A stretch of DNA of 61,762 bases, filler included, from Choristocarpus tenellus KU-1152 (Eukaryota; Protista; Phaeophyceae), in assembly GCA_964200185.2 (NCBI GenBank). It is 9 parts of 9 records of this genome, joined end to end, with 100 filler letters (N's around TTAATTAATTAA, not from the genome) between each part and the next. Parts side by side here need not be neighbours in the genome. Positions count along the whole stretch, not along the records: positions 51,051 to 54,691 come from CAXNAD020018785.1; positions 54,792 to 61,762 come from CAXNAD020006943.1; 7 more parts are not named here. One strand, written 5' to 3'. The notes below the pieces were generated by a model. That model saw nothing but the letters and a program-made list of their open reading frames with translations. It was not told the origin of the DNA and did not search any database. Of this stretch, positions 53,770-61,762 are shown piece by piece; positions within the stretch are counted from its first letter, which is position 1; each line of letters opens with the position of its first letter. The translations under genes were made by a program, and so were the position numbers.

Positions 53770-54400
53770 GCCTGTCCGCTCTAACTCCAAATCGTTCCCC
53801 CCCAGCGCCCTTAACAACTGATTGTACCTCTTAAACATACTCTGCCACACCCTCTTGAGCGTGTCTATGTCGTACGCATGAAACATGCTTGAAACCCCCT
53901 CTACAAGTTCATCAACTGTGCTGTGTAGTAACTACGCCCAATCCCTGCTCTTCAGAGATGCAATACCCCACAAATTATGGTTTTGAGATCGTGGCAACTG
54001 CGCTGGCTGCGTCACAAGCTTTATGTTCCATCCCTTCTCCATCCCTGTTGCGTTAGCTTCTGCGCCATATCCTTGCCCGTATGCGGGGTCGCACTGTCCT
54101 GCTGTATGGAGGTTCCCCCCGATTCCGGCCACAGCATTTTTCCCTTGATTGCTGGCAACAGCTGCTCCGTGTACCACTCCAGGTACCACTCAGCGTCGAC
54201 AGTGACGTCGACCTTGTACTCCTCGCCCTTTGTGTGCCGCACTGTGGTCCAGTGCGTGTCCTTTGTGATGCAAACCCACTAGATCCCGATTTTCCTGTTG
54301 AAATAATGGGAAGGACCCGGGCGCGAAACAGCAGAGATGAACGTCTTGTTGGGAATGTGACTCTTGCGCTCCACTCTCATTGAGCCCACCTTTCCCTCCC
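53770..54400 (-). mobile_element. Tc1/mariner-superfamily transposase relic (C-terminal catalytic region, frameshifted)
   Basis: FISAVSRP..FNRKIGI, LLPAIKGKM, IQQDSATPH, GWNIKLVTQPAQ.P and ASLKSRDW match the plant/oomycete mariner-like catalytic region. Confidence 0.85.
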
Positions 54401-54691
54401 TCGGGAGCTCACGCATCATCTATTGTTAGTGGATGAGGTAGATGTTCGATTAGACTCTTGCAACTCTATCGGACAGTTACGGAAAAAAATGTATGGAGTA
54501 ATGGAACAATCAATTAGTGGTTGAGTTGAACCTTTTACTAGTGATTAGTTCATGGGAAATTTCTCATATAAAAAGGAAATATCTCCGTTGTTATGGAGTG
54601 CTGCATCCCCCACCAAAATATAATCCATCATTCTACAGACACCAAGCAATCTCGCCGGGTTTATTACCTTTATCCTCTTTGATGATTTTGG

Positions 54692-54791
54692 NNNNNNNNN
54701 NNNNNNNNNNNNNNNNNNNNNNNNNNNNNNNNNNNTTAATTAATTAANNNNNNNNNNNNNNNNNNNNNNNNNNNNNNNNNNNNNNNNNNNN
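54692..54791. other. Artificial contig spacer
   Basis: 44N-TTAATTAATTAA-44N. Confidence 0.97.
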
Positions 54792-56253
54792 GGATTTGAG
54801 TTGTACATCCTGGAAGGTGAGCATTGAGGGGCGCCTGTAACAGTATGGAATATAGTGAACAGATTGCGCAACTGAGTCAAACAAATTGAGAGGTAGGCTT
54901 AGTTGGATCCTTTTGCATTCTAAGCCATCTTTCTTACTCTGTGCAATACACTCTATTCCATTACTTTATGTGCACAATAGTGCACACAAAATTGGTATTC
55001 CCCCTTTCCACACACAAGGTGACACCACAGTCAAGTAAAGGCCTTTCTGCAATAGTACAAAATGGTCTCATTTTGGCCTTTCTAGGGATCCCTTAAAATG
55101 CCTCCCTGCCTACCTCTCAATTGGTTTGGCTCAACCTGCTTTTATAAATGTTAGGTCACTGCGACGACACCCAGCTAACCAGCCTTACTACCATTTTGTT
55201 ACATATAGTATCTTCTTCACTTTAACTATTGTAGGGACTATTGTGACCCTTGGTTAGATGTACCATGCACTACTGTTGCTATTTTTATTACTATTTCTAT
55301 CATTATTGCTATATACTCTGGGGTCTTAAAATATCGTTCGCTCTAGTTTGATGAGGACTCACGACCTACGGTGGAAATTTAGTCAAGACAACGTAACACA
55401 AAATGATTGAGAAAATAATACAAATTCTGTTGAGCAAATACAGAACAAAAAGCACCAAGAGGAAAAATAAAATGAGAAAAACTCAATCTTAACTATGAAG
55501 GGTAACTAAGAGAAGCCCAGGTGCAATGCTTTAACTCCCAATACTTGGAATAGAACGTCATCAACGCCATCATAAATCTCTACATGTCTAAGTACATGAG
55601 TAAGAAGAGGGGAAAAGAAAAAAGAAATTCAGCGCAACACCAGGTTTTCCAATCACAAATACCTCTCATCTAATATGGCACAAAGGAAAGAGGGATACAA
55701 CAATAATCAATTCCAAAAGAGAAGGACAATGAAAAAAACAGCATTCAGTAGGCAGTAAAAAATAATCGTCCCAAAAAGAGAAGGACAACGAGAAAGACAG
55801 CATTCAGTAGGCAATAGTGTGTGTGTACCTGTGTTTGTGCCCTGATCCGCTTGGGCGGACATACCTGATGCTTTATCATATGATGTATGTAACTTTCCCT
55901 GGAATGCCACTTATCCACAAAGCTCTTCGTGCAGTCAATGACACACAAGACACTCATACCACCTGCGTTGATTAGTTTCCCATGTACTCCATCCCTCAAC
56001 CATTACTCCAACTTCTCAAAACCATGTTGCAGGCATCCACCACTTCTTCTCCTGCCAACTTTGCTCCCGATCTCCATATGCAAGTTCCCAAAAACATGAA
56101 AACTTGGGGAGTTGTTCAATCCCCAATGCTAGCCACAAACTGAATGTGTGATCAGAAGTTTCCGTTTTTGTACAGTTGCTTTGATACTGTCTTTTCAAAG
56201 GTTTCTTTGTAGGACAATATGTGATCTGTGCATTCCTGTTTGGGGAATCCGAT

Positions 56254-56512
56254 GAGTCAAAGTATCTTAGAGGGTAGAGCCGCGTCCGTTTCGGGGCCAA
56301 AATCCAATGTTGTGATTTTGATGAAATTTTGGCCATCATGTTTGCTAGGAAGTGTCAATATCCTTGTTCCGGACACACCTTTTCATAACGTATACATTTT
56401 AACTACTCCGAAACATTTCAGAGTAGGAAAATGTCAAAAAAAAAACGTGGGAAGCCAAACCCCAAACGGACAAACAGGAAAAAATTCCTACCCTCTTCAG
56501 ATACTATCACTC
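56254..56512 (+). mobile_element. MITE family 1 copy D (259 bp)
   Basis: GAGTCAAAGTATCTTAGAGGGTA ... TACCCTCTTCAGATACTATCACTC; 4-bp TSD CGAT. Confidence 0.9.
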
Positions 56513-57374
56513 CGATGCAAGGGTAGTAGTAGGAATTTGTGGTGCTGGGAGTGAAGCTTAATATAGTGGACCTGGTGGGTGTTCTTGCCACACAACCATA
56601 TATATATATTAGAATCTCAAGAGCTTAGCTTTCGAGCATTCGAATCTCCCACTATATTAATACACCTGTGGTTCTGCCAGAAAGCACTTGACAAAGCACT
56701 TGACTGTATTTTCCTTGAACAACCCCATGTACATCGGCTTCATCACTGATTGTGCCTCCAAGGTAAACAAACTTTGTCAGTCTATTTGTAGCGCTGGGCC
56801 AAATCCTGGATCTGCATAACGTCTGTCGGGCTTTGTTTGAGGGTCAAAGGTACACACACATGCACGGTCTTTGTGTTCAACTCCAATACAGTCAGCCCAA
56901 ATGACCTGATCACCTTCTTAGCTACTCTCATCATTCTGGCCTAACTTCCTTGAGTCTTGACACAATATCGACCACTTCAGTGTAGAGCACACACACCCCT
57001 CAGGTGCTGCTCAAGTTATGCCCTACTCCCTGTCGCCCCCCCTCCTTTGACCTGGTTGTTTTTCTCAGCTCCCTTGACAAGGTTCTTGGAGATTGCACCT
57101 CCGAGCTGAACTCCTTATCCGATATTCTACAAACTCCGGTAAAGATGATGCACTCTACTAATACACTACTCCTGTTGAAATAAAACTACTTGCACTCCCT
57201 CCATTTACGTCTTTTTGCACATTGGGTTCAGCCATCCTAATCATAGTTGCGCATCCTCCTCCCACGAGTTTTGTCCTGCATCTCACCTTGCGTAAGGGTA
57301 CCTGACCAATGAAATCTTTACCATCTCGATTTTAGTCTATCTTTTTGGTCGGATAAGGACAGATAGGATAGTGT

Positions 57375-57480
57375 AGGTGTATAATCTATGCGGTGTGGCG
57401 TGTGGACTTTGGATAATCGAAACCAGCTTTCCGTAAAAAGAAGTCTGGCGTCCATGAGAGGTTCGAATCCTGTGTGTCAA
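57375..57480 (+). other. tRNA-like degenerate sequence (pseudo-tRNA or SINE head)
   Basis: Perfect B-box GGTTCGAATCC at 57460-57470 and a TGGAC/GTCCA stem enclosing a hairpin; acceptor stem and D-arm are poor. Confidence 0.3.
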
Positions 57481-57749
57481 ACGGGGAACAGCCTCCTCTA
57501 AACAATGAACCACAAAGATCCTCTATCCGGAGCTACCTGTACAATACATCTGTTCTCTTTGAGGGTCCATTACAATCACGCCTCCCACGTCTAGAAAGGG
57601 CGGGGGAAAACGCAGATGGTCGTCTATCTTGATTCACCGTGAAGGTTGTTTTAAAAGAATAGGAACATAGAGATAACAAGAAAGCCTCCCCCCAATACAA
57701 CACCAAAGTTGGGAATCTTCCTCAACTAACAACGATCTGAAAGGAGGAG

Positions 57750-58895
57750 ATGTGTGACACTTGGGGGAAATTAGCTTTTTTGTTGGCATTTGTCCTGTGT
57801 TCACTAGATATTACCACTAGTGGTGAGTAGTAGGTGGAAAAAATGCACCGCAACACGTGTAGAATGGTTGGAAACGCCATGTCTATATTCTTTGTGTCGT
57901 GTTGACTTCAAGTATGACAGAATCGAGAGGAGTAGGCAGATGAACTGCCAACAGAATGCTCGAAAGGTTTTTCACGAAAGGTTTTTGGTGCGAAGATAGC
58001 TGGAAGTGTAGTTTTTGACACCGCTCTACCTGCAACACTCGCACTCTATGATCTCGTGGGATTTGAATCCAAGCCATTCATCGTTCCATGCACATATGCA
58101 TCCCCCCTTGTTCTCCAGGTGAAGCTGCCACCCCCCAGCCGCCGATCTGGCCTGAAAAATTCCACGCGCTCTTGACGCAGAATACATCTGGCGACCTTGC
58201 GGTGGTCGACCTATGGTACGACTTCCCTGGAGGTCGGAACCTCAATATAATCCAGAGGCAAGGGTCAGAGTTGGATGGTCCGCTATGGGACAACGAGAGG
58301 CAGAACGGGTCAACCTACTACTATACTCCGGCTACGGGTGACTGCAATGTGGGAAATCGATTGAAATATCCTGGGTTTGGCAGGGTTAGAGATGGGAAGT
58401 ACCCGAACAGTTTATACTCGCACCAACTTTATAAGTCATGTAGAAGTTTCGCTATGTAGTAGTTGCTGGAGGGCATTTTGGCGAGCGCGCTCCTTTCTCA
58501 CAACCCATCCACGTGTCTTTTTTGTTGGAAATACCCACTTGAGGAGAGTACTATATTTATAAGGTGCGGGGCTGGAGTTCGTGGAAAGGCAAGTTGCCAC
58601 AGATGAAAAACCTTTTATGTGCACCTCCAATCCCCCCCATTTTGGCATCTTTTCCACATACTGTCCCTATTCTGAGTTGAAACCACATGTCCCAATGCCT
58701 GTTGAGATGAAGCTGCAATACAAAACAGCAAAGAGTAGAAGCTGTGGTGTTCCTCTGTGCCCATACCTCTTCCATGGAGTTTCACTGTTTCCTCGTGCAC
58801 ATCTTACAGGTAATTGATATGGGTGTAGGGGTGCTCAGGCCAGAATGGCTCTCTGAGGCCACTTACCTGGGAGAGGAAGACATCGGAATATACAG
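57750..58895 (+). CDS. At4g14100-like uncharacterised secreted protein, first 3 exons
   Basis: Exons 57750-57822 (signal peptide), 58119-58348 (PPIWPEKFHALL..DLWYDFPGGRNLNIIQ..NGSTYYY) and 58810-58895 (GVLRPEWLSEATYLG). Later exons not located. Confidence 0.85.
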
Positions 58896-60211
58896 GTAAG
58901 GAAGGATGGGCAACGTGATTCTACCAATTGTATCTGAAAAGTAATGCATTCATAGGTACACAACCCCCTAAATGATTGACTCTTCTGAGACACCATCCAC
59001 AAATAGATAAGAATGCTGTGTAACAGGACTTTGGTCACAGAGCAGTAATGGATAGAATATACTCTCCCATAGGATCTTTTTTATTGCATTGTTGTTGTAG
59101 GTGGTGGTGTTACACCCTACTGTATACTCAGTACTCCGAGTAGGTAAGTTCAAAATATGCACTTGGTCCAGTGGCTGAATTTCCTGTTGTTATTCCACAT
59201 ATATATCCATATCTGTCGATAGTCAAAACTGTGCCAGGAAGTGCACTGGGGACTGTACCGTGATGTCTTCTTTTCGTTGTGTGCGGTCCAGTGGGGAATG
59301 TCTACATAGTTTAAACTTCAGAGTAGTAATTTTGGAAGGAGTCGACCTTGAGGTTCAGGAAGAGGTGTGTAGTGGGTATGGTGGTTTGCTTAGGATAATA
59401 ATATATCGAAGAGTAAATTTCGTAGTGTTAGGGTAATAATAAATAACCTTGTTTTTTGTCAGATTGGAGAGGGGTAACAACAGCAGGTATTAATGGGAGT
59501 GCAAATTAATCTACAGAGTGTCTTCCTGTTCACTGCAGAGGAAAGGAAAGTTGTTCACAATGGGGTAGTTATAACATCACCAATACAAGTCTGTTCGCTG
59601 TTCAGCAGATAAGGGTGGTGGTTGCCGGATCACTCTGTGAGCAATTATCTCTAGTTTGGCACCACCACCTGGCAGTACGTGATAGTGTCTCTTTTGATAG
59701 TGTCTCTTTGACTGTGTGTGTTAGGGGTCCGATAGAAACAATTGACTATATCAAGAAGTATCAATATATATTCCAGCAAGGTTAGAATTGGGTTTAGGGA
59801 TGGGATTCGAAAGAACAGGAATAATTCCTTTGAATGGGCCTCGACTAACTCCTTTCCGAGGTCATAAAACGTCGCACCAATGCAGCTGGCAGATACTTGG
59901 TTTGTGCCAGAGGTGTGCTTATTCAGTTTGTCACTTCAGCAGCAGTGCACTGCAGATTGTGTGCATTCCAGCGTACCTGGGCGATGGTCAGTAGTAGAAA
60001 AAGTTCAAGCAGCATTGGATGTTGCAGGTCATGTGTTGTTTACTCTGGTGTACACTGTAATGTGGCTGGTGTTACACAGAGAACACACCTCTTGGGCAAA
60101 CTGATTGTCGCCGTTGACAGGCCACTAAGCTTGAATCTCACTCTCGTGCATATCCTCCTTGTGTCCTGTTTGATCTCTCTATAGATGATAACATTGGTAG
60201 GTGTTGCAGTC

Positions 60212-60639
60212 AAAGTTAAGGTTAGGGTTAGGGCTTCGATGGGAAAGAACCAAGGAATATCATTGGATAGGATGCCATCCCTAAGAAGAGGTCACAAAAT
60301 GGACTGTCAATTGGGGACACCTGGTGTGTGGAGAGGTGTGCCTGTCCTCTTTGAAACCTCAGAATAGTTGCACTACTCCACAGAAACATGCATCTGAGCT
60401 CACCTGGGTGATTCTAACAGAATAGGGTTAGGTTTAGGGTCAGGACTACGTGAGCTGGAAAGCATGTAATGTCCCATGTATAGAACAGTGTGCATAATGC
60501 TACAGAAAGAATAACCGCATCTCTTGGACACACCTTGTGTCTGCTATCGATACATGTGTGACATAACCCATATCCATATCCTTTTAACCAACTGTTTGAT
60601 ATTCTTGGTCTCTCCTCATCTAATCCTAACCCTAACTTT
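60212..60639. mobile_element. 428-bp element with terminal inverted repeats beginning in telomeric TTAGGG repeats
   Basis: The left arm (60212-60262) matches the reverse complement of 60597-60639. Diverged relatives at ~59780-60190 and ~61345-61580. Confidence 0.6.
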
Positions 60640-61762
60640 ATTGCGAAGTGAAATGAAACTATTATACTCCACACAAGCAGCGTTTTAGAGGTAGTTTCGG
60701 TTCAGTCGATGATGGGGTATGACTAAGAACAAAACTGTTGATAGCATATGTGCAATCCATTGTACTGTTCCCGGTAAATACATAATATTATTGATACTAT
60801 TAATATTATGCTACTCTGCCAACCTCCGATATCTTACTTGGTGGAATTCCAGAGTTTCCAGGTTTTTCGACAGCCGGCTAGAAGTAGAATTCAAGACTAC
60901 ATGCTTCTATTTCAAACCTTTTGCACAAGCAAGGTTTTTGGCACATTTTATAACACATGATTGTGGAGGACCTCCAAACACGATTTGTGTGGGTAGGTGG
61001 TCACCTATGGCAGAACCCCTTCAATCAAGCATTTTATAGTGAAGTAATCATAAAGGTTTTGATCACAATAGTTGTAATCCCTTCGACATACAAAGTTTTT
61101 CCATGCAAATCAATGGTGGCAGAGTTGAACAATTTTGCCATTTCCTACATGAAATTTGTGGGTTCAATCCCCTTCGATGTTATGCGTTTTTTCATGGAGA
61201 CATCTTACGGATGGAGAAGGGTGGTATGACGATAGTTGCAGGTATCCACCGCTTCACGCGTAGCGATAGCTACTTATTTCTTGATCTGTGTGAAAAATCT
61301 TAAGGGATTGAGATGCATTGCAGCATACTCAAAGATCAGGCGAGTTTAGGGTTAGGGCTACAGCTAACTGGAGCAATTCCCTTGGGTTGGACATGATCCA
61401 CACCTTAAAGAGGTAACAAAGGTGGAAGTGGGAAGCACCGGTTGTATGGAAGAGTCTCTTCTCATTGCGACATCAGGTGCTCTATGCTACACTATAGATA
61501 ACATGGGTTCCAGGTTAGGTTAGAGCTACAAGTGTTGGAAGGCATGTTGTGCCCAGGGTACAGTGTATAGCTAATGTCCCTGTATGTGTTTGTATGAAAA
61601 ACTGAATTTACGGATTAGTCGCTTGTAGTGGACTCATCTATGTTAGTTTTCCTGTTCTGCTTTACGCCTTTCTGTGTTTAGTCCAATTTTCCCCCCCCTC
61701 TATGCCACCTTTGACCAGGGGTCTAAGGATGATGTATTGATCATGGCCATAGTATTGACCTT

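Noticed and set aside
55712-55814. ~43-bp direct repeat pair
   Set aside because: Simple local duplication with no further structure.

Overview
Eukaryotic, intron-rich genomic DNA, most consistent with a stramenopile and probably a brown-algal draft assembly. That is an inference from gene structure, the DFHET-type HSP20 and TTAGGG-type repeats. The window is not one locus: nine unrelated contigs are joined by artificial 100-bp spacers (44 N + TTAATTAATTAA + 44 N), so adjacency across a spacer has no biological meaning. Genes rebuilt by hand from GT/GC-AG junctions and reading phase: a complete 5-exon DUF501 gene; a 4-exon HSP20 with apparent 5' frameshift(s); a BRAP2/BRIZ RING-ZnF-UBP ligase with a ~165-aa insertion inside its RING; a 5-exon unknown protein; a histidine-phosphatase (PGM-family) gene head-to-head with cytosolic SHMT; ABCA transporter exons; a DNAJC3-like TPR gene; a ferric-reductase/NOX-like membrane protein; and an At4g14100-like secreted protein. 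Repeats include two related MITE families with 4-bp target-site duplications (Sola-like, one copy nested in the other), a 428-bp element whose inverted ends are built on telomeric repeats, a mariner transposase relic and several tandem repeats. No single clearly new biological system can be demonstrated from sequence alone. The best leads are the MITE pair, the telomere-repeat-ended element, the split RING, the atypical ferric reductase, the frameshifted HSP20 and a candidate micro-exon gene.
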